A stretch of DNA of 64,000 bases, from positions 21,824,001 through 21,888,000 of the forward strand of contig CM052840.1 in assembly GCA_028534125.1 (NCBI GenBank). Direction: 5' to 3'. Made by a program: the position numbers and the translations under genes. This DNA comes from Lama glama. Taxonomy: Eukaryota. Of this stretch, positions 26,685 through 39,450 are shown in pieces. How positions within the stretch are numbered: position 1 is the first letter of the stretch; every line of letters begins with the position of its first letter. The notes under the pieces are model-generated. The model saw only the letters and a program-made list of their open reading frames with translations, made no database searches and had not been told where the DNA came from.

Positions 26685-27904
26685 GTAGAGCTTTTCAAAC
26701 TCTTCAGTGAAATACGTTTTTCACACTCAACACCCTGGGTGAAATCACTTGCTTCTTAAAACGTGGTTTATTAGGATCCATATCTCCACGAATCTATCAA
26801 GAAGACCCCGTGAAAAAGAAATGCTTGTACAAATCCTGTCTTCCTCGTGAGTGTTCTAGCCTTCTCATTTTTCATCATCTTCGCATGTGAAATTAGTTCA
26901 TTGAAGTGATAAAGAACCTCTCGGATTTGTGTTTGATTGAGCGACTTCAATTTTCTTTACAACAAAACCCATTCAGCTACAAGTGGGTGTTTGTTTACGT
27001 GACGCTGATGAGTAACTGTGAGCAGCACCTTTCATGGTTTGTCAAAAGTATTTTTAAATTATGGCCATTTGCAGATTAATGTTCATATTAGTTGCAGTTT
27101 AAGGATCAGATCAATAATACAGCCAGACAGAGGAGTTTGTAAATGGTTTTTATTGACAAACGATGCAGAAAACCCTTAGTTTAGAGATAGGATTTCATAT
27201 AATGAAATAATGTTCCTATTTGTCAACAACATCACACACTTAATGATTAAAGCCACTACTAAATTCAAAAGATTCACGACGAAAAGGCACAGTAATTAAG
27301 AAGGTGAGTTGTTGAAGCAGTATGGCTCAAAATACAAATTATCGTGGCTGACACTGAGCAGTAGTTCTTATCTAAGAAATGTCATAAAACTGACAGTTAC
27401 TAACTGTTCTTTTTTTTTGACACTTGGGCTCTATAGTTGTTATTATGCCTAAGTTGTATATCATTTTAAGCCATTAAATATGTGCCATCCAGTGAACATA
27501 GTTTCATAAAATGAAATTAAATTTAAGATTTCGGAGAAGAAAAATGCAAAACTAAATTTGCCCATTGAAAATGTTCTCCAAGAGAAAGAGAACTGATGCA
27601 TTAAACAAAATCAGGCATTAAGGATACACACATATTGTCAGTGAAAGAGAATAAAGGAAGTCAATTAAAATCCAAAGAGAAAAAAATTGTTTCTAAATTT
27701 CTGTTTGGGGTTAACTGTAAATATAAATTTCCTGGGTGAGTGTTTGGAGAGAGGTAGAAAATAGACTTACTATGAGTGCAAGAGCCTCTGGCTAAATTCC
27801 TGTGAACATCAGGAGTACCTGCAAAACCTGTACCAGCCTCCCCCATGTGACTGATTACCGCCATGGTTCTCAAACACCAGTCAGCCTCACATAGATTACA
27901 GTCT

Positions 27905-27982
27905 GGGGTAGAGCATTAGAATCACATTCCCACGTGATGTCTCTGCATCCGGTCCGGGGACCACGCTTTGAGAACCACTCGA
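27905..27982. mobile_element. MER5-type hAT-Charlie fragment
   Basis: gcattagaatcac...ggtccggggaccacgctttgagaaccact terminal motif. Confidence 0.65.
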
Positions 27983-29488
27983 TTATGGAATTACTTTTGG
28001 AAACCATAGAGCAAGGAGCAGCCTGCCTATTTGAATATCAGCTACACACTTGCTAAGTGTGCTCAAGTTACTGACATCTCCACGTATGTTTTCTGAGACA
28101 GCTAACTTGAAGACTGCTTTCGAAGATTAAGAAATACTCTGTTTAGAGGAAGATGTCTCAAGAGAAATAATTGCTTGGAAATGTCCCCTCTGGGGACCCA
28201 TCAATGATCTAAACCAGGGTGGGTTAGAAGAAAGGTACGAGTTTCACGTGAGTGAAGGAGACTGAAAATGGCACTGACGGTGAAAGCGTGGAAGGGAACC
28301 AGTCCTGATGGCCTTTCGCTGAATAAATACTTGAGTGAAAATTTCGAAAGAGAATGAGAAGCCCTAGAGATTGTTGCTGAAGGAAAAGCCTGGCTACGCT
28401 TCAGTGTCCAGAAACACACCACATGCGAATGGGAGTTTAGTAAATGCTTTAAAATCATATAACGGAAGGCAGGATTTTAGGTAATTTGTCATAAAACAAA
28501 AGGGAGGTGTGTACAGTTTTACCCTGAAAGCCAAAATGACCAGCATTTCTAAATCCCAAATAAACACAAAGAAAAGAGTTTTTGCATAACTCTTTAAAGT
28601 GGGGCTTAATTTGAAAATGTACTTCTCACACAGAGTATGCCATCAAAGAAAGGAGTCACATAACATATCCTTGGAATTAGGCTAATTTTGAATCCTCATT
28701 GCTAATAACTCAACACCACAAAGGAAATGTGTTATAGTTGGTTTAAACGGGGCTTCCCGTGGAACCACAGAAGTAGACCTCTGCCCAGTTTCTTTGCTCT
28801 TTGGTAACTTTTGAGAAATGAATGAAATGTTAAGCTAGTCTTCAGACTTAGAGATTGCATTCCACTGCCCTTCTACTGAGTGTGATTCAAACGCTGGCGT
28901 AGGCTGGAAGTAGCAGTGAGCAAAAGGGAAAGAGAAACCCCTCTTAAATAGTGGTTGACTTTGCCTGCTATAGGAGGCATCCTGATTAATGCGACTTATG
29001 CCAAGTGTAGGTTCTGAGGCTACATTTCAGCAACTACTCAGTGTTTCATTTGTTACAGATACAGAGTGTCAGTCTCTCAGACGGCAAGTGAGTGTGCAAA
29101 ATAATGACTTGATTGTTCAAGCACATAATTTCTTCCATAGCTCCTGGAGAAGACACATTGTTAAAGGCCTTTTCAAAATTAATTTCATATACATTTCCTT
29201 TATATATGTAATATATATGTTTATATATATAAATGTTGGACTGTGTTGCAATTGCCTTGTCTAAAGATTGAGTTCATAAATAAGCAATCATATAAATTAG
29301 TGTAAGGAAAATGCAATGTATTAGAAAAATCAATGAAAGACAGGTTTCCATAGATGTGGTGTTTTTAAATTAAGCAGTCATTAAAATGAAAACATACATG
29401 TGAAGGCAATTGTTCATTTACAATCCTAAATCATCTTTACATTGGAAGTGCTGGCATTCAAAAGATAATTCATATTTATAGAATATTA

Positions 29489-29520
29489 TAATAGCGCGCA
29501 AAGCTAATAGCGCGCAAAGC
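29489..29520 (+). repeat. Perfect 2x16-bp tandem duplication (taatagcgcgcaaagc)
   Basis: Direct reading. Confidence 0.95.
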
Positions 29521-29746
29521 ATGGCGGAAGGCTAAAAAAATCTACATTGTATCAAATGGCATGTATAGTATTTGAATGATGCTGAGAAAATGCACTGGTT
29601 TTAAACCATTGAATTTTTATCAGAAATCTGCTATGCTTGGTCTCGGATCAAGGCCTTATTAGATAACAACTGTATCACGTAAGGCATGGTGGTGTATTAC
29701 TCTTAACCAAACTGGTATTTCTTTACATCTGGTTCCCAACTTTCAG

Positions 29747-29915
29747 GTTTGCTGTAACGGCGCTCTCTACGACCCCCAGCCCGGACACCGCTGTTGTGAA
29801 GAGAAGTACGTTGCATTTCTTTTGAATTCAACGGGAGTGTGTTGCGGTGGCCGCATAAGGGAGGCACAGCCCAGCCATCAGTGCTGCTCGGGGTATTACG
29901 TCAGGATTCTGCCAG
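29747..29915 (+). CDS. USH2A: USH2A coding exon (approx. exon 49), di-Cys repeat region
   Basis: Acceptor tttcag|GTT and donor CAG|gtgagg. 169 nt, phase 0-1. Translates VCCNGALYDPQPGHRCCEEKYVAFLLNSTGVCCGGRIREAQPSHQCCSGYYVRILP(G). Confidence 0.96.
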
Positions 29916-32569
29916 GTGAGGCTCATGTCCGCGTGTGCTCAGCGATCCCGGGAACCAGAAGAAGCAAACGTGTGACTTATGTCAGAGGACTGTTTTAAGC
30001 ACCTCCCCGCCAAAACTTGAGCCACTAACACGTGGCCAGTGGCCAGCTTTAGGTAGCATTTCTTTTTTCAGTGTTGTTGAAATATAAGCAAGGCTAGGTA
30101 CAAAGTAGAGAGAGAATACAAGAGACACGTGTGCTACATAAAGAAACATATCTGGATAGCTAGATAACTCCCTTTTTTGAGACTTTATTTTATTCACATG
30201 GCTGAATATTTCACCATAAACTCTGAATTTCTTCACGTTTCACTCCATGAAGCTGCTCTTCATTTTTTCCATTTACGTTCTGAATGATGCATGTGTTGTT
30301 CCTAGATGGATTGTAACCACAAATTCCATTTATCTGAGGCTAGTCCACTGTCAGTGTCCCCTAATTGCTCTAAGTCTGGCTGGAGAAGGGGGGACGCAGC
30401 AAAGAGTAGCAATCAGGAGTTTTTCCCTTTTCACCCTTCTTTTCCATCTGTCTTATCAACTGACTGAATAAGCCATTTTCCAGATCAACTACGGAGATCC
30501 TCTATTCTTCCTAACTTTTCCTTAAAATTAATAGAAAAATCTGCCTTTGTACAAGTAGTGTTATTTCTGATTGTCACGCAAAAATTCTTTCATAATGGAG
30601 TAACTCTTAATCAACTAGATTTTCCAAGTAAGAAACACAATGGTGATGGAAATAAGAATTTTGTAGAAAAGCCTTAACTTCTTTATACTACAAATCATAG
30701 TGTTAGGCAATGAATCAATCAAATGCTTTATTCTCTCAAAATAATTTATACTTTGGAAGTTTTCAATTGTATTTCACATCTTCCTTCCCTTACAAAAAAT
30801 TGCCTTGGAAATTATGATTATACAGGTGAGGTGGAAATTTTCTGTTGTCCCATCCTCCCATTTTGCAGACCAATGGTCATGTTAGGCTCTTCTCTAAGTC
30901 TAGCATAGAACTAAATAATTGCATTTTCATTTCCAAGTCACATTAAAATTTTTGATAAGTTAGGATTTGCAGTTAACTGTTTCAACTCTGAAAAACACCC
31001 TCTGTGCCTTAAAATGGATAGAAAACACTCGGTGGCATCTACCAGGGCTGTGAACACCTAGGAGACTTGCCTGTCACTCTTCTCAATCCTAACACAAAGT
31101 GTCAGATTTTGAACTAGGAACACAATCTACTTTTGTTCTATTTCCAAATAAAACTCAACTTTTTCTTCCAAAAATGAAATGAGCCATGGGAGCCCAAAGG
31201 TCATTTATTGATATTATAGAAAACTTTTTAATAAGTGATTTTTAAAACAGGAGTTTTTAAAACTGCTCTAATCTGTATATTGACACATGCCCACTCCGCC
31301 CTCAAGTGTTTTAATAGCTACCAAACTGTTCAGCATTTGGATGCCTTTTAAGTGGCTCATTTTTCAGAGGATTGGAATGTCTACCTTGGTGTCAAGGGGG
31401 AAAAAATGCAATCTTACGGGATAATCAAAGAGAGTGTTTTGCTCTCATCATTCATCTCAATGTACCTAAATGAAGAGATTATATCGTGACCCCTCTCCGT
31501 GCCAGTGATCTGTGTTAACCAGTTTAATACTATTTACGTCAAAAAAGAGAGCACAGTGGCCCCAGGCTGCCTTGTATTTCAGTGTAGTTCAAATTCAGTC
31601 AGCAGGCTGCCAGTTCAAGGCTGAGACAGGTATAGGCAGGCATTTTGATATTTATAGATAAGTCTGAAATATTGGTGAATGATATGTGCTTCATTTTGGT
31701 TAATAATACTTACTTCATTTTCTCTCACAACTTTCCTCCATAGACACCCCCCCACCCCCTCGCCAACAAAGAGCAGCAGAGACAAGAATGCTCTTTCCAC
31801 TCTTTTTTTATAAATATGCTAATGACCTCAAGCTAAATGTTAATACGGGTCATTCTTTGATAAGAATAACAATTAACTGTTGAGACTGCGTGGTAGCTTT
31901 TAGAGAGAAAACATTTCCAAGCCTGTCGTGAAATAGATTCATTTTGAGAGGTTAATGAGTAGGTGACTGATCCTTGTATCTTATGTCTAATAGCCCTTTT
32001 TTGAGGGGAAAAAAAATCAGGTTTTACTTCTCATTGATATAACCCACAGCTCTTTTTATGAAGCCTTTTCTTCTGTAGGTAACTGAATAAAATTCTGAGG
32101 GATTCAGCAAAATATGGCTATAAAATATCCTATTAATATTTGTTATACTCAAAAGTGTTTTTTTTTTAAAGTGACTTTAAAAAAAAGGTTGATTTCCCCC
32201 AACATAGCCGTGTACCCTGTTTCCTCTAAGCCCACCATTGTCCTAAGTGATGTTGAATTAACTGATGCTGTCCCTGGACCACATGATACATTAAGTTAAA
32301 CAATATTTGCCACCAAGGGGCACTGTGTTCTTTAGCTGTAAAGAAGTTTTAAGAAATACGGGAACTACATTGAGGCCCGACAGGAGGATCCTTTCATCCA
32401 CAAAAACGTAACAAATAGAGTAACTTTGCTGTTCATAGTAAGCTCATTTCTCCTTCATTGGCCTCCAGTAGAATCACTGTGAAACATTTACTGAGTTTAT
32501 AGATACTGCAGTATAAGATCCTTTCAAAGACTATCAACTAAGCCAACTGTCCCCTGCATTCTGGGAATT

Positions 32570-33740
32570 CATATCTTGAGAGAAAACTGAGTATGCCTTC
32601 GCCCACTTCTGGTATTTTCTCTAGAGAAATAAAGATACATTTACACAGAAACCTGCACACGAATGTTTATAGCAGCTCTATTTATAATTGCCAAGAACGA
32701 GAAACACCTCATCTGTTTCTCAGTGGGTACCTAGACAAACTGTGGTAAATCCACACAAAGGAATACTGTCCATCAATCAGGAGGAGCAAACTATTGAGAC
32801 ATCCACCCAAAAGGCCTTATGCTGAGTGAAAGAAACCAGTCTTAAAAAGTAACACATTGTAAGATGATGTTTATATGACGTGAAACTTAGCAGGGTCCTG
32901 TGGAGCCCTCCCACGTACAAAAACCCCTCTGTGTCCCCACTTCTTTTTTGTAGAAAAGATTTTAGTCTCAGAGGCCTTCCCTGAGTTCCAAAGAGCACGC
33001 ACAGGCAGTTACTAAGGCAAGTGAGGGAATGCAGAAACAAAGGAAAAGCAGTTAAATAAGAAAAGGAATCACAATAGTTTGGTGATAAAACAGAGTCCTA
33101 GTTCCTCCTGAAGGGATGTACGTAACAGTTTGATGGACATCCATGAGTTATTCTGCAGGAACTAAGACCCACCCCCCGACCCAGGTGGAGTATGAGGACT
33201 TCCTGCTCATCACAAGCACGTAGACCCCAGACTAGTTGGGACCAAAAGATTGATGACTGAGATTCTTGAAACACCACCCTGTCACCTCACCACCAACCCA
33301 TCAGAAGAAAGTCATGTACGCTGCAGTCCTTACCCCTAAATACTGCCTTTAAAAACGCTTCCCTGCAAACCACTGGGGAATTGGGATCTTTTGAGAATGA
33401 GCTGCCTGTTCTCCTTGCTTGGCACCTGCAATAAAGACTGTACATTCCTCACCACCACCCGGTGTCAGTAAATTAGCTTTGCTGTGTGTCAGGCACATGG
33501 ACCCAAAGTTCAGCCCAGTAACAGACATATATGAAAAGACAAGCTAAAGATGGGAGACAAATCAGTGATTATCAAGAGAATGGGTGAGGGGAGACACTGA
33601 CTATAAAGGGATAGCATGAAGGAATTTTGGGGGTGATGAAACTCTTTTGTACCCTGATTGTGTTCCTGTGTTAAAGTTCACAGAACTGTGCATCCAAAAC
33701 AGGTCAGTTTTGCTGGATGATATTTTTTTAAAATAAATTT
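32570..33740 (+). mobile_element. Old L1 3' end (L1MB/MC-type) interrupted by a solo LTR
   Basis: acctgcacacgaatgtttatagcagctctatttataattgccaa...aaactgtggtaaatcca...atgctgagtgaaagaaaccag; resumes after 33523 with gaaaagacaa...tttgggggtgatgaaact. Confidence 0.8.
32881..33523 (+). mobile_element. Solo LTR, probably ERV1-class, 643 bp
   Basis: TG...CA termini (tgaaac...gtaaca), 4-bp TSD gacg/gaca, TATA-like tttaaaaa at about 33348, AATAAA at 33430-33435. It splits a contiguous L1 sequence. Confidence 0.85.
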
Positions 33741-34104
33741 TACTAAAAGGAATATGCCTTAGAATTCTATTTCCATTTTTAAAAATAGGCATATTGAGCT
33801 ATAAGAACATGCCAAGTTATCCAGGAGGTCAAAACTGGAATTTTCATGATTAAATATTATATTGATAAAAGATAGTGTGTTGTATGTTAATGTGATGTTC
33901 AATGTAACAATATGTTTTACTGCCATATTGATAGAAAAGAAAGAAAGAAAATATATCTCCATTAAAATTACACTGAAAATCCCTATTAAAAGAAAACAAG
34001 TAAAAATGTCCTGGTTAGACTAGACTCCTCATTTCAGGTAACATTTTGTATGGTCGTATTCTAATAAAGGAAAAAATTCTGTGTAGTGTTTTGATGGTTT
34101 GATG

Positions 34105-34215
34105 CTGAATAACCGGTGGATAAGATCACAGGCTCTGTAGTCAGACTGCCTGGATTCACATCCCATTTTTTCCACTTCGTAGCTGCTTGACCTTCACTAA
34201 GTTACTTAAACTAAG
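34105..34215 (+). mobile_element. MIR SINE 5' half (3' half at about 35225-35290)
   Basis: aggctctgtagtcagactgcctggattcacatccc...ccacttcgtagctg..tgacctt..aagttacttaa. Confidence 0.75.
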
Positions 34216-34825
34216 AACTGTTTGTGGGAGACTAATGTCTGTCTGTGAGCTCCCGAGTTAGAGCCCTCAGAGCTCATCCAACATTTCATGTGCAATAGAA
34301 GGAAAGATTTATAGTAACTGGGGAGCCTAAGAGTAAAAGGAGTTAACAGGCATTCCCTAAGTGACAGAAGATAGTCTGTTATGAATTAATCTAGAGCAAG
34401 ACTCAGGTGTGTCCACTTCCATCAGATTCTATAAAGGAGAAGCCAGTTCACAAAAGCTGGGAATCCAATGTCCGGTGGCCATTGAGATCCACTGAGACCA
34501 GGGATCCTCGGTGACTCTCATTGATTCTGTGAGACTGAGCAGTCCTTCAAGCTGACTTCTGGCGATAGGCTGGGCAAAGTCATGACAAGCTTCCAATCAT
34601 TCCATTTTGCATGAGGTCACAGCCTAGAATCTAGACCCTAGAAAATGCATTTTCTGAAAAAAAAAAAAACAGAAGAAGATTGATGTTCAGAGACTTTGTG
34701 TCCTTTGTGTGCTACTACTGTCAACAGACAGAATCAACTTCTCAGAACCCTCTGGAGAATGTTATAAAAGACCATCCACACGTTGTCTGAGGTGGCGTTT
34801 GAGAGCGGAAATCAGGTATCTTCAG

Positions 34826-35219
34826 TGTATTAGTTTCCTAGGGCTGTTACAACAAATTACCACGAAGTTAGTGCCTTGAAACAAGGCAGATACGTTATCC
34901 TACGTTTTTCAGGGTCAGAAGTTCCAAGTGAGTCTCCACAAGCTAAAATCAAGGTGTCATCTGGGCCAGGTTTTCTTCTGGAAGAGAGGATCTGTTTTCT
35001 TACCATTTCCACCGTCCAGAGGCTGTCCACATTCATTGGCTACAGCTCCCTTCCCTCTTCCAAGGCCTGCAATGGCCAGCCAAGCCTTCCTCACGCCGCA
35101 TTTTCAAACTGAATTCCGTCTGCTGTCTTAATTTCCCTTTGCCATGTAACATAACGTATTTGCAGGTTCTAGGAATTAGGATGTGGGCATCTTCGGGAGG
35201 TCACATTCTGCTTACCACA
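34826..35219 (-). mobile_element. MaLR LTR (MLT1A/B/C-like)
   Basis: Begins tgtattagtttcctagggctgttacaacaaattaccac and ends attaggatgtgggcatctt...attctgcttaccaca. Confidence 0.85.
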
Positions 35220-36574
35220 CTACGGTTATGGTTAAATAGTTGTGAGAATTAAGAGTGCATTTCTGTAAACTCTTGAGACATAACTGTCCCAAGTGAATAC
35301 AAAAAGACACAGTGAGTCTGAGTGCAGCGTGTATGTAAAAACTGCTGAGCGTGTATCTGTTACTCTAAATTAAGCAGCCGTCTCCAGGACTGGAGATAGG
35401 ATGATATTAGGGTTGGAACTACACGGAAGTGAGGAAGCACAATCTTGTTAATGGCCCTTAAATCTTAGACAACGTGCTATGCAAGCTATTTATCTTTTGG
35501 ATGGAATGAATAGGTTATTACAGGGGATAACAAGTCTTTTCTGGAGGCATGTGGATGCAACGGACCACAGTTATTCAACTGCACCTTTTTTTAAAGTAGA
35601 TTTTGAGACATATTTAAGAAGGGTATAGCCAGATTTATAGAGACCTTTAAGGGTTTAGCCTCCTCTGTGAATCCGGTAAATGAACTGTCCTTGCCCCAGA
35701 GACCCTCAGAGACAGATTCAAGGTCTGAAATGTTGGTCACAGAGGCATCAGCTGGTGGGTAATCAATCCGGGCCATCATCAGGTTATAGACGGGGGATTC
35801 TTCCACTGGGAGTTCCAGAAAGAGACTTTGGGGTCCACATTTAATAGTGGCATCTCATTTACAAAGTGGAGCTCCTCCCAACAGATGCACTGGATTGGAA
35901 TGTCTAAACAGAAAAGTGTGTTAATTCAAGAGAGGGCAAAGAAAGACAAAGGCAGAGACTGAGAGGCGTTTGAAATTTCTACCGAGACATTTGGGATACT
36001 CCTAGGAAGGAATGATGGAAAAGTCGTAGGATTTACAGTACCTAACGTAGCACCAGTATCATTTAGATGTGCGACCTTCTACTTTTACAACTGCATGGAA
36101 ATTTCTCCCTTTGTGTTTAGGACAATTATGAGTTGACAAGAGCAACTCCTTTCATAGAGAAGGGTTGTTCTCTCAATGTTTGTCCTTTTCCTCTTTTGAT
36201 TTTATGTTTCCTGCTAGAGTAGAGCAAGTGTTTTTCTCCTGTCCCTTTTGCTTACAATATAGATGGCTGTTTGGGGGTCAACTTAACATAGATGTGTCCT
36301 TGTTCTTGGGTTTGTCTAATTGCTTAATCTGACAACTATGAATTTGATCTGATATTTTTTTCTTTACTTCCGAGTCAAAGCATCTTCCAAGTTCTCAGCA
36401 AGCTGTTATAAATTAGAGAGGAGAGACAGGCTCGTATCCTATCTTCCGTTCTCTGAGAAGTTTTCATTTCTTCTTAACTTCTTTTGAGACCAGAGCATTC
36501 CTGGAAGGTGATAGTTAACCAGTCTGTGAAACCAGGCATGGAATTACGTTTCCCTGTTTATGGAAGTGGAATGT

Positions 36575-39450
36575 TTTTTAACTGTGGCAAAATATAACAT
36601 AACAACATAAAATATATCATTTTGACCATTTTGACATTCACAATTCAGTGTATTAAATATATTCATGTTACTGTGTAACCATCAACACCACCATCTCCAG
36701 AACATTTTTATCTTCCCAAACTGAAATTCTGTACCAATAAACATTAACTCTCCATTGTCCCTTACTGCCCCGCCACTGGCAACCACCATTCTATATTCTG
36801 TCTCTATGAATTTAACTGCTCTACGTACCTCATATAAGTGGAGTCATATAATATTGGTCCTTTTGTGACTGGCTTATTTCACTTAACATTATGTTTCAAA
36901 ATCCCTCCATATTGTAGCCTGTGGCAGAATTTCCTGCCTCTGTCAGGCCAAATAATTTTCCATTATGTCTATATATATATATCATTTTATTTATCTGTCT
37001 ATTCTTTGATGGCCATTTGGGCTGTTTCCGCGTTTTGGCTATTGTGAATAAGGATGCTATAAACATTGACATACAAATATCTGTTCAAATCCTTGCTTTC
37101 AGTTTTTTGGGCTATATACCCAGAAATGGAATTCCTATATCATGTAGTTATTACTCTGTTTAGTTTTTTGAGAAACTGCCATTGTGTTTTCCACAACAGC
37201 TGAACCATTTTGCATTCCCAACAGCAATGCACAGGATTCTGATTTCTCCACTTCCTTGCTAACACTTGTATTTTCCTGTTTTTATTTTGTTTTGTTATAA
37301 TAACCATCTTACTGGGTGTGAAGTGGTATTTTATTGTGCTTCTGACAAGCACTTCCCTAATAATAATATTGAGCATCTTTTCAGGCTTATTGGTCACATG
37401 TATATATTCTTTGGAGAAATGTCTTTATGATTCCTTTGCCCATTTTGTAATTGGATAGTTTGTGTAATTATTGAGTTGTAGGAGTTCTTTATATATTCTA
37501 GATATTAATCCATTAAATATACAATTTACAGATATTTTCTCCTATAGATGATAGTTTTAGTCAGTTGATAGTGTCTTTAGATGGATAGCACTTTTCAATT
37601 TTGATAAAATCCAAATAATACATTTTTCTTGTTGTTACCTTTGCTTTTGGTGTCATATCTAAGAAACTGCTGCCAAATTCAACTTTCCTTTGATGTTTTC
37701 TTCTAAAAATTTTATAGTTTATCTTTTACATTTGGGTCCTGGATCCATTTTGATTTAATTTTTGTATATGGTATAAGGTACGGATTCTTTGCATTTGGAT
37801 ATCCAGTTTTTCCAATGCCATTTGTTGAAAATATGGTCCTTTTCCCATTGAATAGTCTTGTCATCCTTGTTGAAAATGATTTGATTAGACATGCCAAGTT
37901 TTATTTCTGAACTCTCTGTTCTATTCCATTGGTCTATATATCTGTCTTTGTACTAGGATTACACTGTTTTTTTTTTAAACACTTTTATTGTGGTATAATT
38001 CCTGTACAGTAAACTACACCTATTTCAAATGTACAATTTGATGAATTTTGATTGATGCATACACCAATGAAACCGCAACTGCAATCAAGATATACCACAC
38101 TATTTTGATTACTGTAGCTTTATAGTAAGTTTTGAAATCAGGAAGTATGAGACATCAAACTTTGTTCTTTTTTAAGGTCATTTGGCTTTTTGAGGTACNN
38201 NNNNNNNNNNNNNNNNNNNNNNNNNNNNNNNNNNNNNNNNNNNNNNNNNNNNNNNNNNNNNNNNNNNNNNNNNNNNNNNNNNNNNNNNNNNNNNNNNNNN
38301 NNNNNNNNNNNNNNNNNNNNNNNNNNNNNNNNNNNNNNAACCTGAGATGTCCTTCTATTTATTAACTCTTCTTTAATTACTTTCAGCAGCGTTTTGTACT
38401 TTTCACTGTACAATTATTTCACCTCCCTGGTTACGCTTATTCTTAAGTATTTTTTATGCTACTGTAAATGGTATTTAAATTTCCTTTTCAGACTGTTCAT
38501 TTTTAGTGTATGTAAACAACTGATTCTTGTATGTTGGTTTCATATCCTGCTCCTTTGCTGAATTCTCTTATTAGTTTAAACAGGGTTTTTGTGCAAAATC
38601 TTTAAGGTTTTATACATAGGAGATTCTGTTGTCTGTGAACAGAGACAATTTTACTTCTTCCTTCTCATTATGGATGCCTCCTATTTCTTTTTCTTGCTGA
38701 ATTGCTGTGGCTACACTTCCAAAATTACACTGAGTAGAAGTGGCAAAATTCAGCATTCTTGTCTTCATGATCTTAGAAGAAAACCTTTCACTGTTGAATA
38801 TAATGTTATCTATGGGTTTTTCAAATATGCCCTTTATTATGTTGAGGCACTTTCATCTGTTCCTAGTTTGTTAAATGTTTTTATAATAGAAAAGTGTTGC
38901 ATTTTGCCAAATACTTCTTCTACACCAGTTAAGATGACGATACATTTTCCTTCTTTCATTCTTTCATTTAATATGATGTGCTACATTGGTTGATTTTTGT
39001 ATGTTGAATTATCCTTACATTCCAGGAATAAATCCCACTTGGTCATGTTGTGTAATTCTTTTAATATGCTACTGAATTGAATTAAATTTGTTAGTATTTT
39101 GCTGAGAATTTCTGCATCAATATTAATAAGGGATGTTGGTCTGTCATTTTCTTTCCTTGATNNNNNNNNNNNNNNNNNNNNNNNNNNNNNNNNNNNNNNN
39201 NNNNNNNNNNNNNNNNNNNNNNNNNNNNNNNNNNNNNNNNNNNNNNNNNNNNNNNNNNNNNNNNNNNNNNNNNNNNNNNNNNNNNNNNNNNNNNNNNNNN
39301 NNNNNNNNNNNNNNNNNNNNNNNNNNNNNNNNNNNNNNNNNNNNNNNNNNNNNNNNNNTTACTAGTTACAGGTCTATTCAGATTCCCTATTTCTTCATGA
39401 TTTAGTTTTGGTCGGCTGTGTGTTCCTAGTAATTTGTCCACTTCATCTGG
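36575..39450 (-). mobile_element. L1 (L1MA/MB-type) 3' UTR plus ORF2 remnant; contains two N-runs and a nested L1 tip
   Basis: 3' UTR motifs (ccactggcaaccaccattcta, ggctatatacccagaaatggaatt). Antisense ORFs show L1 ORF2 residues (YHFTP..M..I, CCWECKMVQLLWK, PYTKIKSKWI, MYSEKYKTLLK, LNHEEIGNLNRPVTS). Confidence 0.92.

Noticed and set aside
35591-35806. 71-aa minus-strand ORF with protein-like composition
   Set aside because: No recognisable homology or gene context; length is within chance expectation.
36575-39450. Active L1 / functional reverse transcriptase
   Set aside because: ORF2 is fragmented by stops, frameshifts and a nested insertion, and the element is 5'-truncated.
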